A stretch of 64,000 nt of DNA, taken from contig CAVUWV010000001.1 of assembly GCA_963745075.1 (NCBI GenBank), forward strand, positions 32,001-96,000. Direction: 5' to 3'. The DNA is from Candidatus Hydrogenedentota bacterium. Its GTDB lineage: Bacteria > Hydrogenedentota > Hydrogenedentia > Hydrogenedentales > SLHB01. How positions within the stretch are numbered: position 1 is the stretch's first letter; every line of letters starts with the position of its first letter. Position numbers and translations under genes: made by a program. The notes under the pieces are model-generated. The model ran no database searches. It saw nothing but the letters and a program-made list of their open reading frames with translations, and was not told the DNA's origin. Positions 29,650-40,259 of this stretch are shown piece after piece.

Positions 29650-30620
29650 ATGCAATCGAATTTGACAAATATGCGTGTTCTCACGACGCGCCACCACGTA
29701 TTGGGTTTGCTTGGGATTGCTGTTGTTTGCGCTATACCTTTTACGGCCCGTGGCGGAAATACCAAACTCGCCAACGGTGCTGGCGACATCGCCGGTGTAT
29801 CGGTGGCCAGTACTAATGATGCCGCCAAGGACAGTCACGGCCCTACCGTAAAGTTGAGTTATGGCAATGATGAATCCCGACAGAATCCTATTTCCTCCTT
29901 TATGTATTTTGTCCCGCTGATCTCCTTGAATCTTGTGGATAGGCAAACCAGTGCCAACAATGATGAGGAGATAGGTATTGTCTCGTATGAACGGAAGATA
30001 GACGCAAAATCCTTCTTTGTGGCCTGTGAATTCGAAATATCGGGAGAAGGTTTTCATAAGAGCTCATTTGACCCGGCGGGGGTAATAGCAACACGCACCG
30101 CCAATCTGAAAAGAAATGAGTCGCTGGTACGGGTACTGGACTATATCAAATTCGAGGGAGAAGGATTCGGCCGTATCGAAGTAGAAGGAACGATAAACGA
30201 TTCCGCGGAGACCGTTACCGGAGTGAACCTCCGGTTCAATGCGCGCGGGGGAAGAGTCCTGTGACCATTGGCCTATATGACATCAAGCCGCGGGACGGAC
30301 AATACCAGTACGAGAACCGATCGAATGAGGTGGTCGCCCGGGTGAATACGCTCGCATTCAAGAAAACCGCGGAGACCCCCAAGATGGAGATAAGTGTGGC
30401 GTCAATCGCCAGGGCAGTAGCGCCGGATGGTTACTTCGCCCGCATCAAAGGGACACTAGCGACTCTGCTTATGAAGCCGCCGAAAATTGACGCGCTCGGC
30501 AATGAAACCATGCTCAGCTTTGGATATGCCATACTCAAGCAAGAACCCGAGTTCACGTTCCCGACCGCGAAAAATCTCAAGGAAGACAGAACGGTTGCCG
30601 CTTTGGCGCCTCAGCCATGA
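29650..30620 (+). pseudogene. Secreted hypothetical protein split by a frameshift in a G run near 30250
   Basis: Adding one G joins NARGG to KSPVTIGLYD (ORFs 29650..30264 and 30261..30620). Confidence 0.65.
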
Positions 30621-30913
30621 GCTGTTGAGCACTGCTGAGCCCGTGAAGCGCTTGACAGCATATTTCGGTATTGCGCTCCGGACGCTTTTTCCACGTAAGC
30701 CGCGCGTGTTGTTTGAGCGGGCCAATACGATAGCTGATTTTAATAGCCTTCCCTTCCCCAAGTCCTTGAGCGGTTGCCCCCTCAACCGCTCAAGGACGCT
30801 CCTTTTCTGTGGACCTGCAATCGGTTGTGGCGCGATATTGATCAAACGTATCCGTTCCGGAGTTTGCTGATTGGTCGGACACGTCTTTGTCTGCAGGCAC
30901 GCAGCGGAGAATG

Positions 30914-30967
30914 TTTACCAAAGCTTTACCAATTCTTTATCTGCGTTTCGTGCGCCAAAGGCACAAT
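30914..30967 (+). promoter_or_regulatory. 11-bp-phased box (instance 10)
   Basis: tttacc 30914, tttacc 30925, tttatc 30936, ttcgtg 30947; CACAAT. Confidence 0.72.
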
Positions 30968-31243
30968 GACCGCGTAGGATGCAGGCGCCTAAGGCAACCG
31001 TCCAGACGGGCGAGGCTGCACTTCTGCGCGTCGCGGGATCCCTTTGTTCGCTGCCGGTCACGGGACCGGTACAGCGGACGGAAATGTACAGAAGTTGCCC
31101 GCTGGCCGGAGCGGAAGTGAATGTAACGTGAGTTCTACGAGATCTGGTTAGGCACCAAGCTAACGCCATCCATCGTAGACGCCACGCGGGAGGCCCCAAG
31201 GGGGCACGGCTACTTGAGCATGGCTAAGCAGGAGAGGAAAGCA

Positions 31244-31492
31244 ATGAGACGACAGAAGCAACCGTGTGCGCGATATGGAGTCGAAATCCGAAGCATGTCT
31301 CTGCATGCAGAAACGGACGATTTGGCGCGCATTGGCACGTTGCTGAACGGCCATGGCGGACGGGTTCGCGTGTTTGACAGGCAGACCCGGTCGTTACTAT
31401 TGGAAGGCACCGTTGAGGAAATACGCGAGGCGCTCGGTACATTACCCACACCGGGCGCAGAAGATCTGCGCCAAGAGCCGGAGGCGACGTGA
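31244..31492 (+). CDS. Hypothetical protein
   Basis: GGAGAGG RBS; translationally coupled (GTGA) to the next ORF. Confidence 0.5.
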   Translation: MRRQKQPCARYGVEIRSMSLHAETDDLARIGTLLNGHGGRVRVFDRQTRSLLLEGTVEEIREALGTLPTPGAEDLRQEPEAT

Positions 31493-31836
31493 GGTCTGGG
31501 AATCCCTCAAAGATCGAAACCATCTATCACGATGATGGCGTTGAGGCGACGCGATCGGCGGCAGGATTCTTCATTAGTGTGCCCCGCCCGATCTCGGCAA
31601 ACCATCAACTCGGTATCGTGGCCGCACTGTGGGAAGTGTGGACGGCGGCCCGAAATGATGTCTGTGGCGCCGACCTGGAGTGGACAATCGATGTTTCTGA
31701 CCTCGATGAGCTAACGCTTCCTTTGAGCGCCGTCATGTCCGCGATTGACGCTGATCTCCGTTCGGTCGGGAGCGAGCTCTTGGTTGTTGGCGATCCGCAA
31801 GACCGAGTCAAGAGGCCTTTCAAAAGGACTGCTTAG
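31489..31836 (+). CDS. Hypothetical protein, STAS-like
   Basis: WTIDVSDLDEL...AVMSAIDADLRSVGSELLVVG resembles a STAS core. Confidence 0.5.
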   Translation: MRSGNPSKIETIYHDDGVEATRSAAGFFISVPRPISANHQLGIVAALWEVWTAARNDVCGADLEWTIDVSDLDELTLPLSAVMSAIDADLRSVGSELLVVGDPQDRVKRPFKRTA

Positions 31837-32070
31837 CGCACGTCACGGCTGCAGAAGCGGGAGTGCAATCGGAGTTCGGAACGTGTATTGACTGGGTAGC
31901 AATCCATGGAATCGACGAATGTGACAAGGCAATTCTTCGATTCGATTGATTGACGGCCGAAAAAGGTATGACGTTCTGGTTGCGATCGAATAACCGCACG
32001 GGCCGATGCGAGAACCGGATTCGGCTGATTCAAGAGGAATTGTGCGCGCCTGCAACAAAGGAGACATGCA

Positions 32071-32196
32071 ATGGGAGACAAAAGTCAGAAAGACAAGGAC
32101 AAGGGTCGAAAACAGAGAGCCATAAAGGACGCGGATACGAGGAAGAAGAAGAAGGAAAAACAAGACAAAGCGCCGACCGTCGCTTCGTTGAAGTAA
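32071..32196 (+). CDS. Small Lys-rich hydrophilic protein (41 aa; not in ORF track)
   Basis: MGDKSQKDKDKGRKQRAIKDADTRKKKKEKQDKAPTVASLK; AAGGAG RBS. Confidence 0.6.
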   Translation: MGDKSQKDKDKGRKQRAIKDADTRKKKKEKQDKAPTVASLK

Positions 32197-32326
32197 GACG
32201 TGCGTGCCCGTTCGGCAAGGCGGCGCGAATCATGGTGCCGCGCGCCGAGATACGCGCTGAGTATCCATCTGCGCGACGGTAGTGCCTTGTACCTAAAAGC
32301 TAGGTCAGCTAGTTCGGAGTAGTAAA

Positions 32327-32773
32327 GTGAGCATGCGTATTCGCGAGATTGTCGGCGAGAATCGGGAGAAGTACTCGGTGAATCTCGACCGATCTATCCA
32401 GCAGGTGATTGACTATATGTACGACGGCGAAGTACGTGCGGTCGCCGTCTGTGACGGCGACAACGTTGTTGGGGTCTTTTCGGAGCGGGATCTGCTGCGG
32501 CGGGTCGTGCACCAGGGCCTCGACCTGAATAAGGCCAACGTCCAAGACGTAATGACAAGCCCGGTGTATTGGATTTCCATGGACGAGCGCTACGAGGTAG
32601 CGAAGGCAATCATGGTCGATAAGCGGCTTGGCCAATTGGTCGTTAAGGATGAGCAACACCTATTCCGAGGATTCGTTTCCTGGCGAGAGCTTCTGGAAGC
32701 CGATCTTTCGGATTCCCGGGATCTTGTGGGCAAGCTGAACGACGATTACTACGAGCATCGTTTTCAGCCTTGA
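32327..32773 (+). CDS. CBS-domain pair protein
   Basis: VVGVFSERDLLRRVV...VQDVMT...GFVSWRELL. Confidence 0.9.
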   Translation: MSMRIREIVGENREKYSVNLDRSIQQVIDYMYDGEVRAVAVCDGDNVVGVFSERDLLRRVVHQGLDLNKANVQDVMTSPVYWISMDERYEVAKAIMVDKRLGQLVVKDEQHLFRGFVSWRELLEADLSDSRDLVGKLNDDYYEHRFQP

Positions 32774-32977
32774 TTTTGGTGAGTTGACGGTCATGATTCG
32801 AGCCTACGCAATCGTCTGGTTAAACTGCGCGAAGTAACGAGAAGAAGAACCTAGACTATTTGTCGCTCTAGAGCGGTTTAAATTTTCACAGTCCGATGCC
32901 GATATTTTGGGTATGAAACCAACGTATATTGAGATCCGGGAGCGAATCATCGAGGCGTATACGGAGGGGAATCATAC

Positions 32978-34358
32978 TGTCCTTGCGGAAAATCCGTCCG
33001 GCCTGGCTTATCCCGTGTGCTAAGCGAAATTCCATGGCGACGAAGTGTAGGAAGTCAGGTTCGGCGGCGGGGGATTGTCCATCGGCACGGCGACTAGGGA
33101 CACCGTTGGCAACATCGACAGGACCTCCCGACCTCCACTGTCGGAATGAGGCGCGAGGATGGGGTCATGTCACGGCAAATGCTATGCGGCGCGGCGTTCG
33201 TATCGGTGGTGAAGCCCGCCGACTTGGGGGAGCGAGACAACTTTGCCTTGATTGGGCACCTGCAATCGGACGCGTGACCGGGCTGTCCATCTCAAGGGAT
33301 AGATGTGTTCGGGATTCATTGTAATACGCGACGTAGTCGGCAAGAACTCGTCTCAGATGGTTTTCGCTGAAGACGATGACGTGGTCCAAACACTCTCGTC
33401 GAACGCTGCCGTTGAGTCTTTCCGAATACGGATTTTGCCAGGGACTATGTGGTGCCGTGAGGACTTCTTCGATGCCCATGTTCTTGACCCGCCGTCGAAA
33501 CCAATCGCCATAGACCTTGTCACGGTCGCGAAGGAGATACTTCGGCGAGGTGTCCCACGGAAAGGCCTCAACGACTTGCTGTGCTGCCCATGCCGCGGTC
33601 GGATGTTCCGTTACTGCGAAGTGAACGATCCGACGGCGCTCGACGGACAGAAAAAGCAACACGTACAGGATTTGGAATCGGACGGTGGGTACCACCATGA
33701 AATCGATGGACACGATCTCCCTTGCATGGTTCTTGAGGAACGCGCGCCAGGTGGGAGACGGTGGCTTTGGGACGCGTACCTTGTATTTGTCCACGGTTGA
33801 CCTGTTGACCGATGATACCGAGCTTCGCCAATTCGCCCACAATACGTGGCGAACCCCACGTTGGGTTCATCGACGACATGGTCCGGATCAGTTCTTTCAC
33901 TTCGTCCGCGACGGGAGGTCGGCCGGGTTCACCGGACTGAGACAACTTTCTCCAATGCTCTTTGAAGCGCTTGCGCTGCCAGCGAATGACCGTATCCGGC
34001 TTCACGAAAATGAGTGCGTCTTTCCATCCGGTCCAAGCTTTTGCCAGAAGACTCCACAGAATACGATCAGCCGGCCTCACCTTCGGTCTCTTGACACTCC
34101 GCTGGTACACGCACAGCTGATGCCGCAACGCAAGGTTCTCGGCTTGAAGCCCCGCGCGAGACTTCAACATCGCCGCCCAAGAAACCCGTACACAGTCTAA
34201 TGAATTCAATCATTTCCACTCCGATCACGCACCCAACGACGAGGTTTCATTGAAGCGGAAAGAACTAACAAATGGCTCGGCAATTCAGCGAGTTTGAGCG
34301 GAGACGCCATGAACGTAAGTCCTTGCCCGGCAATAAGGACGAATTTTCAGCAACCGCC
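32978..34358 (-). mobile_element. IS element (rve/DDE transposase, IS481/IS3-like) with two frameshifts
   Basis: LQAENLALRHQL..., WGSPRIVGEL, SIDF, LLRDRD, SPWQNPYSER, GGLHHRYERRAA*; frameshifts near 33812 and 33262; end TGTCCTTGCGGAAAATCC with a degenerate inverse near 34341. Confidence 0.85.
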
Positions 34359-34584
34359 GATTCTTGATGACTTCTAATGCATTTTAGCGTAATGTATTCA
34401 CCAGCATGAGAATTCGGTCATCTCATGTGTTCGGGTTGGAAAACTGGGCTTAGCTGCGTGTCAATGCTTCCAATAATATCTCGCGGCAAAAAAACGCGTA
34501 TCGGGTGCCAGCCCATCGCCCAATTGATATCGAGCCGACATTTGCGACGCTGAATAAAAGCCAGGGAGCGGACACCAATCTGTT

Positions 34585-35154
34585 ATGGGTGATGTAACGC
34601 AGATTCTTGCGGCCATGCAGGTCGGCGATTCCCATTCTTCTGAGGAGCTTATACCTCTCGTATATAATGAGTTGCGGCGATTGGCAGCGAGTCGCATGGC
34701 CCACGAATCGCCTGAGAACACGCTTCAACCGACGGCACTTGTCCACGAGGCTTTCCTGCGATTGGTTGGCTCTGAGGCTGGGCAGTCGTGGAACAGTCGC
34801 GGCCACTTCTTTGCGGCGGCAGCAGAAGCAATGCGGCGTATCCTTATCGAGGCGGCTCGAAAGAAGCGAAGCCTGAAACGAGGCGAGGGTTTTGAGCGTG
34901 TCGAACTGGATATTGCGGATGGCGCCACGCTCGAAATCAATGCGGAATTACTGGATCTCGACGCGGCGCTGCTTAACTTCGCGCAGGTAGAGCCGAGGGC
35001 GGCCGAGTTGGTGAAACTCCGGTTCTTCGCAGGCCTCACCATCGAAGAGGCGGCTGCAGCGCTCCAGATCTCGCCACGCACGGCCAAACGGGAATGGGCA
35101 TATGCACGCGTATGGCTGCGGCGCGAAATGGATGAGCACGCTCAGCCGTCCTGA
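34585..35154 (+). CDS. ECF sigma factor (TIGR02999-like, kinase-associated type)
   Basis: LIPLVYNELRRLA, TLQPTALVHEAFLRL, HFFAAAAEAMRRILI, VKLRFFAGLT, REWAYARVWL. Confidence 0.95.
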   Translation: MGDVTQILAAMQVGDSHSSEELIPLVYNELRRLAASRMAHESPENTLQPTALVHEAFLRLVGSEAGQSWNSRGHFFAAAAEAMRRILIEAARKKRSLKRGEGFERVELDIADGATLEINAELLDLDAALLNFAQVEPRAAELVKLRFFAGLTIEEAAAALQISPRTAKREWAYARVWLRREMDEHAQPS

Positions 35155-35313
35155 GGTACGATCTGCTCATCCTTTGACACCCTTCGTCTCTCTAATACGC
35201 ACTAGAGGATAACGCTCCTACGTTCCGATGACTTCTCGGCAGGCACGAGTGGGAGCAGTGCGGCGTCGCCAGGTGAATTCGGGCCCAGGATCCAAAATGG
35301 AGGTGTCACGGAA

Positions 35314-38300
35314 ATGGATAGGCGGATGCTGGAGAAGGAGGTATTTCTTGCTGCCCTCGCCTTGTCCTCGGAACCCGAGCGCGCTGCCTATGTCGAGTCG
35401 GCGTGCGGCGGGGACGAAACGCTTCGAAATGGTGTGGAAGAACTGCTGCTTCTCCATGACCAGGCGGACGGCCTCATTGATGAGGCCCTATTGTTTCCAG
35501 TTGATAGGACCAGCCCAAAGCAGTTTGACGCCAGCGGAACGGACATTGGACCGTATCACCTCCAACAACTGATCGGCGAGGGTGGCTTCGGAGTCGTCTA
35601 TCTCGCGTCGCAGGAGAAACCCTTCAAGCGACAGGTTGCGTTGAAGGTTGTCAAGCCGGGAATGGACACACGCCAGATTCTGGCTCGCTTCGACGCCGAG
35701 CGGCAAGCTCTTGCCATGATGGACCATCCTAACATTGCCCGCGTTTTTGATGTAGGCGCTACCGACACGGGCCGGCCTTACTTCGCAATGGAACTCGTGG
35801 ATGGAGTCAGTATAACCGAATACTGCGATCAGAACCGGCTCACCGTAGCCGACCGCCTCAAACTGTTCGCCCAAGTTTGCGACGCAATTCAGCATGCACA
35901 CCAGAAGGGCGTCATCCATCGCGACATCAAACCGTCAAACATCCTGGTCTCGCCACAGGACGGTCGGTGCGAACCAAAAGTCATTGACTTCGGCGTTGCG
36001 AAGGCGTTAAATCAGCGCTTGACCGAACATTCCATGGCGACGACAGGCATGTTCATGCTTGGCACGCCATTATACATGAGCCCGGAGCAGGCAGATACGG
36101 GTTCTATTGATGTCGACACGCGTAGCGACATCTACTCCCTCGGTGTCCTTCTCTACGAATTGCTCACCGGCACCACGCCCCTGGATCGCAACCGCGTCAA
36201 GCGCGCAACCTACGAGGAATTTCGCCGGATGGTTCGAGACGAAGAACCGCCGCGACCCAGTGCGCGCGTAGGTTCAGCGGACGAGCCGCACACGACGGTT
36301 GGCGAGAATCGCCAAATCACGCCGAGCCGGCTTCGAACCCTTTTGAGCCGCGATCTGGATTGGGTCGTGATGAAGGCAATTGCGAAAGAGCGCGAGCGGC
36401 GATACGAGTCCGTGGGCAGGCTCGCCGATGATATCAACCGTTACCTGGACGGGGATAGCGTGGCCGCCCGTCCACCGTCCGTGATGTACAAAATGCAGAA
36501 GTTGGCTTTGCGCCACCGAACGGCACTTATTGTTGCAGTCATTCTTCTGTTGGCGACGTCGGCGGGCCTCGCGGTGAGTACCGCACTCATACTGGAACAA
36601 CGAAATATCGCGCGTTGGGAAGCGGATCAGGCCGAACTGGCGCACCTCGAAGCGCTACGGGAAAAAGAACGTCGCAGTTGAAAATGTCTACTATGCCAAC
36701 ATCCAGATTGCTTACCAGGACTGGCGCTGGGGACAAGTTCACCGAATGCAGATGCTGCTCGATGACTTGCGCCCCCAGACCGGCGAGCGCGATCGGCGCG
36801 GCTGGGAGTGGTATTACCTTCATTCGCTTTGCCACATGGACAAACTGACCATTCAAACCCATGCAGGTGCCGTGTCGTCAATCGCGCAAAGTCCGGACGG
36901 AAAACGAATCGCTTCCGGGTCGGTCACGGACAACGCCGTCCGAATTTGGGATGCGTCAACAGGCGAGGAACTGGTTTGTTTACGCGGTCCTCAACGTGGC
37001 GTTTCATCTGTGTCCTGGTGCGGCGACGGAGAAACGCTGGCGTCTGGAGGGTGGGATGGGACGCTCATAATCTGGGATCTCAATACGCGGCGTATCCTGC
37101 ACGAGGTCAATTGCGGAACCTCTGTCTTGGCAGTCGCATGGCGCCCCGATGACCAGGCCGTAGCGGTAGGCGGCTTCCGTCAGATCGAGGGGAACACTGA
37201 AGACGGCACGGTTTGGATTGTTGACGGGAAATCTGGAGCCCAAGTGCGTGAGCTTACGGGACACGTCGGCCTAATATGGTCTCTTGCGTGGGACCCGACG
37301 GGAACCCTCCTAGCCGCAGGCGAAAACTGGCAAGGATTCATCCAGGTCTGGGAGCCCGAAACCGCACGGCTCGTTTCCACATTCAAGGCCCACAACCACT
37401 ATATTGGCGCTCTCGCCTGGAGCCCGGATGGTAAATGGCTGGCATCCGGCAGCCAGAGCGCTGCCATCCGGATTTTCAACACCGCCGACTGGTCTGTTGC
37501 CAACGATATTCCAAAAAGTCATCTGGGACGTGTCAACGCGGTATGCTGGAGTAGTACCAGCGATCGGCTCGCCTCGTTTGGATTGGACGGCGTTGGCAAG
37601 ATCCGGGACACCGCAACGAATTCCGTTGTTGCAACGATCCGCGGACATCAAGGCGCAGTGACGTCCGCCTTTTGGTCGCGGAACGAAGACACACTCGTAA
37701 CCGGAAGTTCCGACGGTACAATCAAAGTGTGGAACGTCAACGAGCAAACAGAGACTCGGGATTATGTCGGACGGGAACGTGTCGCGTGGAGTCCGAATGG
37801 AAAATGTCTCGCCATTAGAGTCACGGACCCTGTGAGCGGGGAGGAAATGGTTCGGATCGTCAATTCCAACGATGGGAGCGAGGTACTTAATCTACGACTT
37901 GATGGCACGGGATTCATTGGTCCAATCGCCTTCAGTCCGGACGGCGGGAAACTTGCCGTTGGCGTTTGGCGTCCTGGAAGACTCATCGTATGGGACTTGG
38001 AGACCCGGCAAATCGTTCTCGATGCTGTTGCGCACGGTTTCGAACTTCGATCGGTAGACTGGTCTCCGGACGGCACTCGCCTCGTTACCGGGGGAGAGGA
38101 CGGCCTAATACAGGTGTGGGACACGGGACGGCTGGCATGCGTCAAGTCCATTCTCGGGTATTCTGACGAACCGTTTGACGTCGATTGCGTTATCTGGAAC
38201 CCGGCAGGTACAAAGTTTGCGTCTTCCACTCGTTTTGGTGGAGTCAACGTGTGGGACGCAGAAACCTACACGTCACTCCTCAGTCCAAGTTCTCCGAAAT

Positions 38301-38689
38301 ACGACGCTGGCGGACAATATCCTCTCTCTTGGAGTCCTTCGGGCGACCGGTTGGCAATCGGTTGTTCAGGTGGCGAAATCTTCGTCATCGACGCGGTCAC
38401 GGGTAAGGAATGCTACGTGGCGGTCGGAAACTCCTCCATTGTACGTTCGGTCGCGTGGAGCCCGGACGGGACACGGCTCGCCAGCGGCGGTTGGGACCGC
38501 CAACTCAAGATATGGGATGCAAGTAACGGACGCGAGTTGTTCTCATTCACAGGAAAGGATGAACCCATTGATTGTGTGGCGTGGGCGCCCGAAGGGCGGC
38601 GAATCGCCATTGCTAGGTCCGCAAGCGTAGAAATCCTCGACGCGACCAACGGGTACGCTTCGGAACCGTATGCCGAAGCCGCTGATTAA
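35314..38689 (+). pseudogene. Ser/Thr protein kinase with TM segment and WD40 repeats, split by a frameshift near 36675
   Basis: IGEGGFG, VALK, HRDIKPSN, DFG, GTPLYMSPEQ; second frame reads ENVYYANIQIAYQDW..RGWEWYYL into many WD40 repeats. Confidence 0.88.
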
Positions 38690-38965
38690 CGTCGCGGCAC
38701 ACCAGTCTCAAGGCACTTTCTGACAACCACTTGCGGCATCGTCCCCAACAAGCGTTGTCCCTCTCCCAGTCCTCCCAAGATGTTCGCACGGCGAATCGGT
38801 GTCACCTTTTGCTCCGTAAATGCGCACTACTGGGTGTAGCCGGAGCGCACCGAAGCGACCGCCTGCATCACTGTTATCGCTTGCAAGGCGTTAGCCAATC
38901 CGAGGTGTACATGCTTTGTCTGTCGCCGTTTCCGTATTGACGGACTCAGGTGAGGGAGAAGAGAA

Positions 38966-39928
38966 ATGAGTGCTTTAACTCGTAGTTTCCTGTTGCTCGG
39001 GATCGTTCTGCTCATCACCGCCTTGGTACCGATCTTCGGCTGTCCGGCTCCGGGGCAGGGACAGGACAATCTGACAGGTCGCGTGGAAGATTTGGAAGCG
39101 CAGTTGGCGGAACTCAGAGCGAAGACCGCGTACATTACGATTCAACAAGGCAACCTGAATGGACTTGCCGGACCTCACATGATCGTCGAGGGCTGCAATG
39201 TGCACGTCCGCAGTGGAAGCGGAAGTACGTCGGATGAGACAGTGGCCCGGGCCAACGTGTCGAGCGAAGATAAAGCGTTGCCGCTGGGTTTGGGCAATCT
39301 GATCGTGGGCTACAACGAGGAGCCCTTGATCGAAGCGACCGACCGGGCAGGATCTCATAACCTTATTGTGGGCTCGCGCCATAATTATCCCAACGTCGCG
39401 GGTGTTGTTTTTGGACTGGAGAACACCGCCAGTGGAATATCCTGCACCGTACTGGGGGGGTATAACAATGAAGCTTCGGGGGACTATTCAAGCGTTGGTG
39501 GTGGCGCGAGAAATGCTTCCGTCGGCAACTTCGCTGCGGTGGCAAGCGGTGACTCGGGTACTGCCGAAGGGAACTATTCGGGCATCTCGGGAGGCAAATC
39601 CAACACGGCCAGTGGCGTTTACTCTAGCGTTTCCGGCGGAAGCTCCAACGAGGCCAGCGGCGTCCAATCCAGCATTAGCGGGGGAAGCTACAACAATGCC
39701 AGCGGCGTCCAATCCGGCGTCAGCGGCGGCTACCAGAATGCATCCACCAACCAGAATGCAAGCATTAGCGGCGGGTCATATAACATAGCAAGTGGCGGCG
39801 GTTCGAGCGTCGCTGGCGGATCGGGTAACACGGCCAGCGGCCTTTTATCTATCGTCAGCGGTGGCTCAGGTCGTGACGCATCTGGGACCTTAGACTGGGT
39901 GGCAGGAGGGCTGTGGCAGGACGAATAG
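38966..39928 (+). CDS. Lipoprotein with coiled coil and 14-aa Gly/Ser/Asn repeats (adhesin head-like beta-solenoid)
   Basis: IFGC lipobox; GLGNLIVGYNE; repeats S-x-SGG-x-x-N-x-ASG. Confidence 0.8.
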   Translation: MSALTRSFLLLGIVLLITALVPIFGCPAPGQGQDNLTGRVEDLEAQLAELRAKTAYITIQQGNLNGLAGPHMIVEGCNVHVRSGSGSTSDETVARANVSSEDKALPLGLGNLIVGYNEEPLIEATDRAGSHNLIVGSRHNYPNVAGVVFGLENTASGISCTVLGGYNNEASGDYSSVGGGARNASVGNFAAVASGDSGTAEGNYSGISGGKSNTASGVYSSVSGGSSNEASGVQSSISGGSYNNASGVQSGVSGGYQNASTNQNASISGGSYNIASGGGSSVAGGSGNTASGLLSIVSGGSGRDASGTLDWVAGGLWQDE

Positions 39929-40259
39929 GAAATCCCGAAGTGATTTGCGAACCGTGTGCGTCCTGAACACTGGCCCCGAATTTGCCCAAACAATTGGTCG
40001 AAGTCTTCAACCGTAGTGATGAGTAGTCTTTCGTTGATTCAGGCAATGCAGCCATTACGCAGAAAAAGGTCTTACGATGAATTCTACACACAGTCCGTCC
40101 TTTGGAATCGTTCTCCGGATCGCATTCGTACCGTTCGCTCTGGGTCTGTTCACAGCCCGCTTCGCCGATTAAACTTAACACTCAGACTTCGTCCCATCTT
40201 CATGATTCGTTATGCAAGGTGTACTCAAACGCCCTCCAAACCGAAAAGAGGATCCTGTC

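Noticed and set aside
506..30967. Phased boxes as a CRISPR array, iterons or MITE copies
   Set aside because: The units are 6 bp with variable 5-bp spacers, dispersed and oriented toward genes; no cas or rep gene, and no terminal inverted repeats.
39480..39900. 42-bp periodic DNA repeat
   Set aside because: Explained by the 14-aa coding repeats of the 38966..39928 protein.
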